Shown one piece after another: positions 21,136 through 30,686 of a stretch of 32,000 nucleotides of DNA (positions are counted from its first letter, which is position 1; each line of letters opens with the position of its first letter). The stretch is from positions 30,570 to 62,569 of the forward strand of contig NZ_WOBR01000012.1 in NCBI RefSeq assembly GCF_009727955.1, read 5' to 3'. The notes beneath the pieces were generated by a model. That model searched no databases, was not told the origin of the DNA, and saw nothing but the letters and a program-made list of their open reading frames with translations. The stretch is from Aliivibrio fischeri. Lineage in GTDB: Bacteria; Pseudomonadota; Gammaproteobacteria; Enterobacterales; Vibrionaceae. A program made the translations under genes and the position numbers.

Positions 21136-21832
21136 TATCTGACTTCGACCATTGAGTTAATAAATAATGAAACACACTCACTAGTTGCTCTAAAAACAGT
21201 GTGCCCATATTAGGTTGAAAATGTCCGCCATCACGGCTAGCAAATGCAATAATACCTACAGGTTTTGATGATGAACCTAAAGGTAAAATAGCAAACGAAC
21301 CTAAATCCGAGTTTGATAAATCAAGACCACCATAAGCAAAAAGACTATCGCGATCGGCTTTACGTAATCGACCTAAATAAGCGGAATGCCCATTCAGGAA
21401 TTTCTTTACAAATTTATCTAGTGCACTTTGATCTACATGATATTTAGGATGAGAGTGTTCGATAATTTTAATGTGTGCCGTTAGATTCAACTCAATGGCT
21501 TTTTTCTCAATGATTGCGACAGCTTGAGAAAAATTTTCACTCAACAACAGTTGCTTTTGAATACTTGAAAACTCATGAAATAAGCGATCATTTTGTGCTG
21601 CTAATGACATTAGTTGCGTGATCTCTTCTTCTAATTCACTAATGCGTCCACGTAACTTATTAACTTGAACTTCAACTAACGAAACCACCCCACGCTCAGG
21701 TGTATCCACCTTAATTCGATTCAATAACTCAGGATGTTTATGAAAAAAATCAGGGTGATCCGTTAAAAACTGAGCCACGATATCTTCGGTTAACTCAGTT
21801 GGCTCTATGTATTCTTGTTGCTTCTCAATCAT
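21128..21832 (-). CDS. DUF484 family protein (GAF-like)
   Basis: 234 aa; [19 protein letters not shown] and ALLPLGS-like [27 protein letters not shown]; between dapF and xerC as in other gammaproteobacteria. Confidence 0.9.
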   Translation of the reverse strand: MIEKQQEYIEPTELTEDIVAQFLTDHPDFFHKHPELLNRIKVDTPERGVVSLVEVQVNKLRGRISELEEEITQLMSLAAQNDRLFHEFSSIQKQLLLSENFSQAVAIIEKKAIELNLTAHIKIIEHSHPKYHVDQSALDKFVKKFLNGHSAYLGRLRKADRDSLFAYGGLDLSNSDLGSFAILPLGSSSKPVGIIAFASRDGGHFQPNMGTLFLEQLVSVFHYLLTQWSKSDNE

Positions 21833-22659
21833 ATTGATAATTGACCATCATATACGTGTGTTGCAGGACCAGTCATATATAACGGTTTTCCAGGACCTTG
21901 CCATACAATGTGCAAATCACCACCAGGTAAAGACACTTTCACTTCTTCACCCAATAATTCTTGCATAATACCAACAGCAACCGCACCACAAGCACCACTA
22001 CCACAAGCTTGAGTTTCACCAGCACCACGCTCATACACGCGTAGTTTCACTTCATTTGGTGAGATGATTTGCATAAACCCAGCATTTACACGCTCAGGAA
22101 AGCGTTCATGGCTTTCCACCAACGGTCCATACTTATCAACATCATAAGCATCAACATCATCAACAACAGTCACACAGTGAGGATTTCCCATACTTACTGC
22201 GCCACTGAATAAGGTTTTATCATCAACACGTAATAAATAGGTTTTTTCAGCTTGCGTTGCTTTAAATGGAATCTTATTTGGCTCAAATACAGGCTCACCC
22301 ATGTTCACCGTAATTTGATCATCATCTTCCACTTTTAAAATCATTTTGCCTTTTTTAGTACTGACCGAAATGCTGGTTTTATTGGTTAACCCTTTCATTC
22401 GTACAAATCGAGCGAAACAACGCGCACCATTACCACACTGCTCTACTTCCGAGCCGTCAGCATTAAAAATTCGGTAATGAAAATCCGTTTCAGGATCATA
22501 AGGGGCTTCAACCACCAATAACTGATCAAATCCAATACCACGATGGCGATCAGCCAAACGACGGATCAGGTCTGGAGAAAAGAAAATATTCTGTGTCAGA
22601 CAGTCAACAACCATAAAGTCGTTGCCTAGCCCGTGCATTTTAGAAAAATGAAAGTGCAT
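21829..22659 (-). CDS. dapF: Diaminopimelate epimerase
   Basis: Start at the internal ATG (complement of 22657-22659): [19 protein letters not shown]; active-site motifs [15 protein letters not shown] and [14 protein letters not shown]. The 16 extra residues in the track are likely non-coding. Confidence 0.97.
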   Translation of the reverse strand: MHFHFSKMHGLGNDFMVVDCLTQNIFFSPDLIRRLADRHRGIGFDQLLVVEAPYDPETDFHYRIFNADGSEVEQCGNGARCFARFVRMKGLTNKTSISVSTKKGKMILKVEDDDQITVNMGEPVFEPNKIPFKATQAEKTYLLRVDDKTLFSGAVSMGNPHCVTVVDDVDAYDVDKYGPLVESHERFPERVNAGFMQIISPNEVKLRVYERGAGETQACGSGACGAVAVGIMQELLGEEVKVSLPGGDLHIVWQGPGKPLYMTGPATHVYDGQLSI

Positions 22660-22740
22660 AGTTGTTCTTCTTATGTATGTTTTCTTTCTTGGCTGAAAAA
22701 AGAGCAAGCATGCTTAGCACCTTGCTCTTAAATAATATTT

Positions 22741-23994
22741 TTAGTTGGGTAAAATCGCTTCCAGTTCCCACAATGAGCTTAGCTCTTCACGCTTACGAAC
22801 AAGGTGAACGTCCCCGCAATCCACCATAATCTCTGCCGCTCGGCAACGTGTATTATAGTTGGATGACATTACAAACCCATAAGCACCTGATGAGCGAACT
22901 GCCAGTAAATCATTCGCTTCTAGTACCAATGCTCGATCTTTACCAAGAAAATCACCGGTTTCACAAATAGGGCCCACAAGATCGTAATTTTGAGCGTCAC
23001 CTTCACGAGGTACAACAGGAACGATATCTTGCCACGCTTGATAAAGAGCTGGGCGCATTAAATCGTTCATTGCCGCATCAATAATCGCAAAGTTTTTATG
23101 CTCAGTGTGTTTTAAAAACTCAACTTTAGTAACTAGGATACCTGCATTTGCAGCAATAGCACGTCCCGGCTCAAAAATAAGTTCTAAATCTTGATGTTCC
23201 GCTAGTCTACCTAATAATGCTGTCGCATATTCTGAAGGTTGTGGCGGTAATTCATCACGATAAACCACACCAAGACCACCACCAACATCAAGGTGACGAA
23301 TGTTGATACCTTGTGCTTTTAAATCATCGATTAACGCAAGCAGACGATCCGTTGCATCAATAAACGGTTCAATATCGGTTAATTGAGAGCCAATATGACA
23401 ATCGATACCTTGAACATCTAAATTTGGTAGGCTTTGAGCAAATTTATACACTTCAGGCGCGCGATCAAACGCAATGCCAAATTTATTATCACGTAATCCC
23501 GTAGAGATATACGGATGTGTTTTTGCATCAACATCTGGATTAATACGTAAAGAAATAGGCGCAATAACCCCCATTTCAGCCGCAACGGCATTTAGGCGTT
23601 CAAGCTCTGGCTCTGATTCAACATTAAAGCATTTAATTTTTAACTCTAGCGCACGGCGCATTTCATCAGCCGTTTTACCTACACCAGAAAAAACAACCTT
23701 AGTTGGATCGCCACCAGCGGCAACAACACGCTCTAGTTCACCTTGAGAAACAATATCAAACCCTGAACCTAGACGAGCAAGTGCATTTAACACGCCGATA
23801 TTTGAGTTCGCTTTTACGGCATAACACACAAGATGAGGGTGATTACCTACAGAGTTATCAAATGCTTTCCAGTGACGCTCTAATGTCGCACGAGAATACA
23901 CGTATAAAGGTGTGCCGAATTGCTCAGCTAACTGTGTAATAGGCAGCTCTTCTGCCCAAAGTTGTCCATCATCTTTATAATTGAAATAATCCAA
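22741..23994 (-). CDS. lysA: Diaminopimelate decarboxylase
   Basis: 417 aa; YAVKANSN (PLP lysine), HIDVGGGLGV-like HLDVGGGLGVVY, GPICETGDFLG. Confidence 0.97.
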   Translation of the reverse strand: MDYFNYKDDGQLWAEELPITQLAEQFGTPLYVYSRATLERHWKAFDNSVGNHPHLVCYAVKANSNIGVLNALARLGSGFDIVSQGELERVVAAGGDPTKVVFSGVGKTADEMRRALELKIKCFNVESEPELERLNAVAAEMGVIAPISLRINPDVDAKTHPYISTGLRDNKFGIAFDRAPEVYKFAQSLPNLDVQGIDCHIGSQLTDIEPFIDATDRLLALIDDLKAQGINIRHLDVGGGLGVVYRDELPPQPSEYATALLGRLAEHQDLELIFEPGRAIAANAGILVTKVEFLKHTEHKNFAIIDAAMNDLMRPALYQAWQDIVPVVPREGDAQNYDLVGPICETGDFLGKDRALVLEANDLLAVRSSGAYGFVMSSNYNTRCRAAEIMVDCGDVHLVRKREELSSLWELEAILPN

Positions 23995-24056
23995 TGTCGT
24001 CTTCCTTGTCTAGTTTTCGTTGTTCTGTTTATCGATTTATCCGCGAGAGTTATTGA

Positions 24057-24176
24057 CTACTCTGCCGCTTCTGTTTGTGGTGCTTCATCTGCAGGCATGT
24101 ACAACGGACCAGTTTGGCCACAACCAGCTAAAGTAAGAAGGCTCAATAGCATTAATGCCATCACTCTTTTGTGCAT
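24057..24176 (-). CDS. lptM: Small lipoprotein LptM (YifL family)
   Basis: Not in the supplied ORF track. Minus strand: MHKRVMALMLLSLLTLAGCGQTGPLYMPADEAPQTEAAE*; lipobox LTLAGC plus the conserved CGQTGPLYxP of the family; immediately upstream of lysA. Confidence 0.9.
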   Translation of the reverse strand: MHKRVMALMLLSLLTLAGCGQTGPLYMPADEAPQTEAAE

Positions 24177-24257
24177 AAGATTTTACCATTAGTGTTAATA
24201 TCTACTGATGCTCTCTATAATCGCACCACAGCCAAGAAAAGCAATAGGATAAATAAG

Positions 24258-24572
24258 ATGAATAACACTGAATTTCACGAACTAGTCGATGAAAAACTGC
24301 AATTAATCGAAGATATGATTGATGATTCAGGTGCTGATATTGAACCTGTTATCACAGGAAACGTATTAACGCTGGAATTTGAAAACCGCAGCCAAATCGT
24401 AATTAACAAACAAGAACCAATGCACGAAATTTGGTTAGCTTCAAAATCTGGTGGCTTCCACTTCTCTTATGTTGATGAAAAATGGACATGTTCTAAAACG
24501 GGCATGGAATTTATCGAGATGGTAAAAGAAGAATGTCAGAAGCACGCCGATGAAGAGATTGAGTGGGTTTAA
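24258..24572 (+). CDS. cyaY: Iron donor protein CyaY (frataxin homologue)
   Basis: ATG at 24258 starts MNNTEFHELVDEKLQLIEDMIDDSGADIEP; track extends 29 codons upstream without support. Confidence 0.95.
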   Translation: MNNTEFHELVDEKLQLIEDMIDDSGADIEPVITGNVLTLEFENRSQIVINKQEPMHEIWLASKSGGFHFSYVDEKWTCSKTGMEFIEMVKEECQKHADEEIEWV

Positions 24573-24587
24573 AAGCAGAGCTCAGAT

Positions 24588-24725
24588 CGGTCGCAAGCTC
24601 CCTTGAAGGTTTCAGAGGAGCTTGAGATTCAGGATTCAGGATTCAGGATTCAGGATTCAGGATTCAGGATTCAGGAGGATTTTATTGCTCTTCCTGAACC
24701 CTGCAAGCGAAGCGACCTGAAACCT
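24588..24725 (+). repeat. Intergenic repeat element, copy 1 (contains a 7-bp tandem expansion)
   Basis: Left arm CGGTCGCAAG..CCCTTGAAGG.TTCAG; right arm CCTGAACCCTGCAAGCGAAGCGACCTGAAACCT (24693-24725). 32/33 identity of the right arm with copy 2 at 27842-27874. Confidence 0.85.
24627..24675 (+). repeat. Perfect tandem repeat (ATTCAGG)x7
   Basis: Seven exact head-to-tail copies counted at 24627, 24634, 24641, 24648, 24655, 24662, 24669. Confidence 0.97.
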
Positions 24726-26773
24726 TAAGCTCCAATTCCCGCGTGACGCAGCATCGCATCTACTTGCGGCTCACGACCACGGAAACGCTTGAACAACTCC
24801 ATCGGCTCTTCACTGCCACCCATTTCCAAAATATTATTTAAGAAACTTTGGCCAGTCTCGGTATTAAAAATGCCTTCCTCTTCAAAACGAGAGAACGCAT
24901 CAGCTGATAATACTTCTGCCCATAGGTAGCTGTAATAACCTGCACTATAACCGCCAGCAAAAATATGACCAAAGCTGTGAGAGAAACGGTTCCACTCAAC
25001 ACTTGGTAATACCGCTACTTTCGCTTTCACTTCCGCTAGCGTTTCCAGCACTCGACCGCCTAGTTCAGGGTCAAAATTAGTGTGCAGTGTAAAATCAAAC
25101 AAACCAAACTCTAACTGGCGCAAAATAAACATCGCTGATTGGAAGTTTTTCGCTGCTAGCATTTTATCTAGCATCTCTTTAGGAAGCGGCTCACCCGTTT
25201 CATAATGACCAGAGATAAACGCTAGCGCCTCTTCTTCATAACACCAATTTTCTAAGAACTGACTTGGCAGCTCAACTGCATCCCAAGGAACACCATTAAT
25301 GCCCGATACCGAAGCCACATCAATTTGAGTCAGCATATGATGAATACCGTGACCAAATTCGTGGAATAACGTCACCACTTCATCGTGAGTAAACAGTGCA
25401 GGTTTACCACCGACAGGTTTATTAAAGTTACAAGTTAGATAAGCAACAGGAGTCTGTAGTTCGCCTTCTTGAGTCAAACGACGTACACGACACTCATCCA
25501 TCCATGCGCCACCACGCTTATGTTCACGAGCATACAAATCAAGGTAGAAGCTGCCGCGTAGTGTATTCGTTGAATCAAAGATATCAAAGAAACGCACTGA
25601 TTCGTGCCATACATCCACACCTTCACGCTCAACTACTGTCATACCAAACAAACGGTTCAATACTTCAAATAGACCAGATACGGCTTTTGATTCAGGGAAG
25701 TAAGGGCGAAGCTCTTCATCCGAGATTTGATACAGCTTTTGCTTTAACTTTTCAGAGTAATAAGTGATGTCCCACAGATCTAACTCATCAATACCAAACT
25801 CTTCTTTTACAAACGCTTTTAACTCTTCAACTTCACGCTCACCTTGAGGTTTTGCTTTTGTTGCTAGGTCATTTAAAAAGCCAAGTACTTGAGTTGGGCT
25901 TTCTGCCATTTTGGTTGCCAATGATTTATCACTGTATGAACCAAAACCAAGTAGACGAGCGATTTCATGACGAAGTTGTAATTCTTCTTCCATGATTGCG
26001 CTGTTATCCCACTTACCTGCATTTGGACCACGATCCGATGCACGAGTAACGAACGCTTCATAAATTTCTTTACGCAGTGGTTTATTATCACAGTACGTCA
26101 TTACAGGTAAGTAAGATGGCATTTCTAACGTAAGTAACCAGCCATCCAATTCTTTTGCTTCAGCCGCGGCTTTTGCTGCCGCCATTGCAGACTCAGGTAA
26201 ACCTGATAACTCTTTTTCGTCCGTAATGTGTTTTGACCAACCCATAGTAGCGTCAAGCACATTGTTGCTGAAGTTTGAGCTTAGCTCAGAGCTGCGTTTA
26301 CTGATCTCGCCGTAACGCTTTTGCTGATCAGCCGGTAAACCAATACCTGATAAATCAAAATCACGCAGTTCATCAATAATGGTTTTTTGTTGAGCTTGAG
26401 ATAAAGACGCAAACGCCTCGCTCTCTTTAATGGATTTATACGCTTCGTACAATCCTTTGTGTTGACCAACCCAAGTACCATATTCAGATAACTCAGGTAG
26501 GCACGCTTCATAAGCTTCACGCCATGCTTCGCTATTTTTTACTGAATTTAAATGACTTACTGGTGACCAAATACGGCTAAGACGATCATCCGTTTCCGCT
26601 AAAGGAACAATAATGCTTTCCCAGCTAGGAGTTACGTCAGAAGCTAATACTTCTTCAATTTTTGCACGGCAATCAGCAATCGCTTGTTCTACAGCAGGCT
26701 GAATATGCTCAGGCTTAATTTGAGAAAATGGAGGTAAATCGGTGAAGGTCAGTAGCGGGTTAGACATATTCAT
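24725..26773 (-). CDS. prlC: Oligopeptidase A (M3 family metallopeptidase)
   Basis: 682 aa; HEFGHGIHHML zinc motif; full-length OpdA similarity. Confidence 0.97.
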   Translation of the reverse strand: MNMSNPLLTFTDLPPFSQIKPEHIQPAVEQAIADCRAKIEEVLASDVTPSWESIIVPLAETDDRLSRIWSPVSHLNSVKNSEAWREAYEACLPELSEYGTWVGQHKGLYEAYKSIKESEAFASLSQAQQKTIIDELRDFDLSGIGLPADQQKRYGEISKRSSELSSNFSNNVLDATMGWSKHITDEKELSGLPESAMAAAKAAAEAKELDGWLLTLEMPSYLPVMTYCDNKPLRKEIYEAFVTRASDRGPNAGKWDNSAIMEEELQLRHEIARLLGFGSYSDKSLATKMAESPTQVLGFLNDLATKAKPQGEREVEELKAFVKEEFGIDELDLWDITYYSEKLKQKLYQISDEELRPYFPESKAVSGLFEVLNRLFGMTVVEREGVDVWHESVRFFDIFDSTNTLRGSFYLDLYAREHKRGGAWMDECRVRRLTQEGELQTPVAYLTCNFNKPVGGKPALFTHDEVVTLFHEFGHGIHHMLTQIDVASVSGINGVPWDAVELPSQFLENWCYEEEALAFISGHYETGEPLPKEMLDKMLAAKNFQSAMFILRQLEFGLFDFTLHTNFDPELGGRVLETLAEVKAKVAVLPSVEWNRFSHSFGHIFAGGYSAGYYSYLWAEVLSADAFSRFEEEGIFNTETGQSFLNNILEMGGSEEPMELFKRFRGREPQVDAMLRHAGIGA

Positions 26774-26815
26774 TCCTTTTTATTTCTTATTCGATTTGAT
26801 GTCACTATGTAGATA

Positions 26816-26843
26816 AGATGGTGCTTAATTGACTAAATTTCAA
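26816..26843 (-). promoter_or_regulatory. Putative sigma-32 (RpoH) promoter for prlC
   Basis: Minus strand TTGAAA (26843-26838), 14 nt spacer, CACCATCT (26823-26816); 42 nt before the prlC ATG at 26773. Confidence 0.6.
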
Positions 26844-26919
26844 TGGCTGATGCAAGAGTACACACATTGAGCCACAAACTTGGGTATAATATTCCCATTC
26901 CAATAGTGAGAGTTCATCC

Positions 26920-27759
26920 ATGTTAAGTTACCGTCACAGTTTTCATGCAGGCAACCATGCCGATGTGGTTAAACACATTGTACAAAGCCTTATCCTTAAT
27001 TCATTAACTCAAAAAGATAAGCCATTTGTTTATCATGACACCCACTCAGGTGTTGGCCGTTACGACTTAACGCATGAATGGTCTGAAAAAACAGGTGAAT
27101 ACAAACAAGGTATCGCACGTATCTGGGATCAAGCGAATCTTCCAGAAGAAATCACCAGCTACCTTGATGCTATCAAAACCTTAAATGACGGCGAAGAGCT
27201 GCGTTACTACCCGGGTTCTCCTCGTGTTGGCCGTGCACATTTGCGTCGCCAAGACCGTATGGTACTAACGGAACTTCACCCTTCAGATTACCCACTGCTT
27301 GAACAAGAGTTTCATCGTGATCGCCAAGTGTCTATCTATAAAGAAGACGGCTTTGCGCGACTAAAAGCAAGTCTTCCGCCAAAAGAGCGCAGAGGATTAG
27401 TCTTAATCGACCCACCTTATGAGCTTGCAAAAGAATATCGCGATGTAGTTACTGCTATTGGCCAAAGTCATAAGCGTTGGGCTACGGGTATTTATGCGAT
27501 TTGGTATCCTGTTGTAAATCGTCACGATATCGACGATATGATCAACGGATTAAAAAAATTAGATATTCGTAACATTCTGCAAATTGAATTAGGTGTATCA
27601 CCAGATACCAACGAGCGTGGCATGACAGCATCAGGCATGATCGTGATTAACCCACCTTGGAAACTAGAAAGCCAAATGAACGATATTTTGCCTTTCTTAA
27701 AAGAAGCGATTGCACCTGCAACAGGTCACTTCAAAGTAGAGTGGATTGTTCCAGAATAA
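26920..27759 (+). CDS. rlmJ: 23S rRNA (adenine(2030)-N(6))-methyltransferase
   Basis: 279 aa; MLSYRHSFHAGNHADVVKH, VLIDPPYE (DPPY motif). Confidence 0.96.
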   Translation: MLSYRHSFHAGNHADVVKHIVQSLILNSLTQKDKPFVYHDTHSGVGRYDLTHEWSEKTGEYKQGIARIWDQANLPEEITSYLDAIKTLNDGEELRYYPGSPRVGRAHLRRQDRMVLTELHPSDYPLLEQEFHRDRQVSIYKEDGFARLKASLPPKERRGLVLIDPPYELAKEYRDVVTAIGQSHKRWATGIYAIWYPVVNRHDIDDMINGLKKLDIRNILQIELGVSPDTNERGMTASGMIVINPPWKLESQMNDILPFLKEAIAPATGHFKVEWIVPE

Positions 27760-27770
27760 AAAAAATAAGG

Positions 27771-27874
27771 GTTCAGGCCGGTCGCAAGTCCCCTCAAAGG
27801 ATTCAGGAAAAGCAGATAGCATTGCTCAGTTTTATCTCTTTCCTGAAACCTGCAAGCGAAGCGACCTGAAACCT
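27771..27874 (+). repeat. Intergenic repeat element, copy 2
   Basis: CGGTCGCAAG (27779-27788) ... CCCTCAAAGGATTCAGG ... CCTGAAACCTGCAAGCGAAGCGACCTGAAACCT (27842-27874); same orientation as copy 1. Confidence 0.85.
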
Positions 27875-27956
27875 AGTAGACCTTGAAAAAGAAAAATTTG
27901 GTCGCATTTCATACATAGTATGTAAAAAGAATTAAAAAAATATTGGAGAGAAAGTA

Positions 27957-29327
27957 ATGACTACGCATTTTGATTATATCTGTATTGGCGGTGGTTCAGG
28001 CGGTATCGCATCAGCAAACCGTGCATCAATGTACGGTGCAAAAGTGGCACTGATCGAAGCTCAAGATCTTGGTGGTACATGTGTAAACGTAGGGTGTGTA
28101 CCTAAAAAAGTGATGTGGCACGGCGCTCAAGTTGCTGAAGCCATTAACCTATACGCTGAAGATTACGGCTTTGATGTAGAGTTAAAAGACTTCAAATGGA
28201 ACAAGATGATTGAAAGTCGCCAAGCTTACATTGGTCGTATTCATGAATCTTACGATCGCGTACTTGGTAATAACAAAGTAAACGTAATCAAAGGCTTTGC
28301 TCGCTTTGTTGAAACAGAAAGCGGTGATGCAAAAACCGTTGAAGTAAACGGTGAGCACTATACTGCGGATCATATTCTTATTGCCGTTGGCGGTCGTCCA
28401 ACAATTCCAAATATCCCTGGTGCAGAATACGGTATTGATTCAAATGGTTTCTTTGAACTGACTGAACAACCAAAACGTGTTGCGGTTATTGGTGCAGGTT
28501 ACATTGCTGTAGAAATCGCAGGCGTTCTTCACTCTCTAGGTACAGAAACTCACCTATTCTGCCGTAAAGAATCACCACTGCGTAGCTTTGACCCAATGAT
28601 CATCGATACGCTAGTTGAAGTAATGAATACCGAAGGCCCAACACTTCATACTCACTCGGTACCAAAAGAAGTAGTTAAAGAAGCAGACGGCAGCCTAACG
28701 CTTCACCTAGAAAACGGTAATACACAAAACGTTGATACGCTAATTTGGGCTATCGGTCGTCACCCAGCAACTGATGCTATCAATCTTGATAAAACTGGTG
28801 TTGCAACAAACGATCGCGGTTACATCAAAGTAGATGAATACCAAGAAACAAACGTGAAAGGCATCTACTGTGTTGGTGACATCATGGAAGGCGGTATTGA
28901 GCTGACTCCTGTAGCGGTTAAAGCAGGTCGTCAACTTTCAGAACGTCTATTCAATGGTAAAACCAATGCAAAAATGGACTACGATTTAGTTCCTACGGTT
29001 GTATTTAGCCACCCACCAATTGGTACGATTGGCTTAACAGAACAAGAAGCTGACGAACAATACGGCAAAGATAACGTGAAAGTGTACACATCAGGCTTTA
29101 CTGCAATGTACACAGCAGTAACTAAGCACCGTCAACCTTGTAAGATGAAGCTAGTCTGTGCGGGCGAAGACGAGAAAGTTGTTGGCCTACACGGTATCGG
29201 TTTCACGGTTGATGAAATGATCCAAGGTTTTGCAGTAGCAATGAAGATGGGTGCAACTAAGGCTGATTTCGATGCCGTTGTAGCTATTCACCCAACAGGT
29301 TCTGAAGAATTTGTAACGATGCGATAG
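27957..29327 (+). CDS. gor: Glutathione-disulfide reductase
   Basis: 456 aa; [16 protein letters not shown] redox site, [16 protein letters not shown] domain, [13 protein letters not shown]-terminus. Confidence 0.97.
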   Translation: MTTHFDYICIGGGSGGIASANRASMYGAKVALIEAQDLGGTCVNVGCVPKKVMWHGAQVAEAINLYAEDYGFDVELKDFKWNKMIESRQAYIGRIHESYDRVLGNNKVNVIKGFARFVETESGDAKTVEVNGEHYTADHILIAVGGRPTIPNIPGAEYGIDSNGFFELTEQPKRVAVIGAGYIAVEIAGVLHSLGTETHLFCRKESPLRSFDPMIIDTLVEVMNTEGPTLHTHSVPKEVVKEADGSLTLHLENGNTQNVDTLIWAIGRHPATDAINLDKTGVATNDRGYIKVDEYQETNVKGIYCVGDIMEGGIELTPVAVKAGRQLSERLFNGKTNAKMDYDLVPTVVFSHPPIGTIGLTEQEADEQYGKDNVKVYTSGFTAMYTAVTKHRQPCKMKLVCAGEDEKVVGLHGIGFTVDEMIQGFAVAMKMGATKADFDAVVAIHPTGSEEFVTMR

Positions 29328-29351
29328 TCTGATAGTAGACTCGTTATCTAT

Positions 29352-29386
29352 AAAAAACGCCGCCAATTAACCTTGGCGGCGTTTTT
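29352..29386. terminator. Bidirectional terminator between gor and the scsC-like gene
   Basis: AAAAAACGCCGCCaattaaccttGGCGGCGTTTTTG. Confidence 0.9.
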
Positions 29387-29429
29387 GTTTTATTGAATCA
29401 TGTTTAACTCAATTAAACAGTTAGTGTTA

Positions 29430-30158
29430 TTACTTACCCGATTTTTCTGCGATTTTAGCTTCAACCATTGGTGCTAATTTTTCATAAGGTAAATAACCCG
29501 GAAGAAGTTGACCATCGATCAACATAGCAGGCGTTCCTCGCACACCTAAATCCGTAAATAATTGATAGTTCTTCGCTACCATATCTTGAACTTCATCATT
29601 CGTTGATACGTACTTTTCCGCATCATTTGCTTTTGCGACCTTCATGATAGAACGCATATTGTGAATTCCCGGCTTACTTAATAAGGTCTCACTGATCTTA
29701 TTAAATTTCTCAGGCCTTTCTTTCCATACTCTTAATGCAAAGGTTGCCGAGTTAGCCGGATTTGAACCTTCTTTAAGTGGTACATAAATATTTATCACTT
29801 TAAGATCATCAGGGTGCTCATCGACCAATTTCATTAATACTGGGTCTAGCTTTTTACACCAAGGGCAACTTAAATCCGTTAATACAACAATGGTTAATTT
29901 AGGATCTTTCGCACCAAACCACGGAAGATTTGGGTTGTTGTACATATAATCATGATAATCCGCCAACGTTTTTTCATACTTACCCTGTTGATCAATATAC
30001 ATGGCCAAACTCTCATGAAGGCTATCAATAATGGTAGGGTTGGCTTTAAGCATTTTATTAATATCTTCCACTTTCTCCGATTGAGTCATTGCAGAAGCAA
30101 GAGGAGAAAATAAGCATGCCATTACCAGTGTTGTGATTAATTTCGTTTTAAATTTCAT
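29430..30158 (-). CDS. Periplasmic DsbA-family thioredoxin-fold protein (ScsC-like)
   Basis: 242 aa; signal peptide, helical N-terminal extension, TDLSCPWCKKLDP active site, cis-Pro GVRGTPAMLIDG. Confidence 0.85.
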   Translation of the reverse strand: MKFKTKLITTLVMACLFSPLASAMTQSEKVEDINKMLKANPTIIDSLHESLAMYIDQQGKYEKTLADYHDYMYNNPNLPWFGAKDPKLTIVVLTDLSCPWCKKLDPVLMKLVDEHPDDLKVINIYVPLKEGSNPANSATFALRVWKERPEKFNKISETLLSKPGIHNMRSIMKVAKANDAEKYVSTNDEVQDMVAKNYQLFTDLGVRGTPAMLIDGQLLPGYLPYEKLAPMVEAKIAEKSGK

Positions 30159-30182
30159 TTTTTATTGTCCGTATATATTCGT

Positions 30183-30686
30183 TTAGATAAGCCATAAGCG
30201 AGCAAGTAATCCCATCGGAGTTGTTATCCCCGTGGTGATGTTTTTTATCTCGCCTTTATCAATAATGACGATGGTTGGGGTCACTTGAATGCCCCATTCT
30301 CTTGAAATATCGCCACGCGTATCATTCATATTTTTAAAAGTGTAATCGTGAGATCTCATATAACCAGAGACTCTTCTGTCCTCTCCAGAGCTCGTACTCA
30401 CCCCAACAACTTGATAAGCATCGCTGAACCAATTAATGGTTGGTGTTACGAATCGACACGCTGCACACCACGTCGCCCAGAAATACACCACCACCGGCTT
30501 TTCTTGACTCATAGCAATAACATCAATCGCTTCACCTGTTGTGCTTATTCCTGCAAGTGCTGGCGCAGTATTAGCTGGCATATCTTTAGTTCTCCACGCA
30601 TCAACAGCAAAACTAAAAATAATGATCACCAGAAGGTAAATCAGTGCCTCTTTACCCCAGCGCTTCATTTTTTGTCTTTTCCCCAT
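30183..30686 (-). CDS. Membrane-anchored TlpA/ScsD-like thioredoxin
   Basis: 167 aa; one TM segment (ALIYLLVIIIFSFAV) then VVYFWATWCAACRFVTP and QVTPTIVII. Confidence 0.85.
   Translation of the reverse strand: MGKRQKMKRWGKEALIYLLVIIIFSFAVDAWRTKDMPANTAPALAGISTTGEAIDVIAMSQEKPVVVYFWATWCAACRFVTPTINWFSDAYQVVGVSTSSGEDRRVSGYMRSHDYTFKNMNDTRGDISREWGIQVTPTIVIIDKGEIKNITTGITTPMGLLARLWLI

Noticed and set aside
21829-22707. Extended N-terminus of dapF suggested by the ORF track
   Set aside because: The extra 16 residues ([16 protein letters not shown]) are not part of the DapF fold; the conserved start [15 protein letters not shown] matches the internal ATG.
23962-24192. Plus-strand 76-aa ORF between lysA and cyaY
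   Set aside because: Overlaps and is antisense to the well-supported lptM gene and the lysA 5' end.
24627-24675. CRISPR-like array
   Set aside because: Head-to-tail 7-bp units without spacers; it is a simple tandem repeat in an intergenic element and no cas genes are present.
24627-24675. Coding phase-variation tract (7-bp units would shift frame)
   Set aside because: The array lies after the cyaY stop and downstream of the prlC stop, so it cannot switch either reading frame directly.
27913-27925. Small palindrome CATACATAGTATG upstream of gor as an operator
   Set aside because: Only 5-bp arms in AT-rich DNA; expected by chance, no matching second copy seen in the window.
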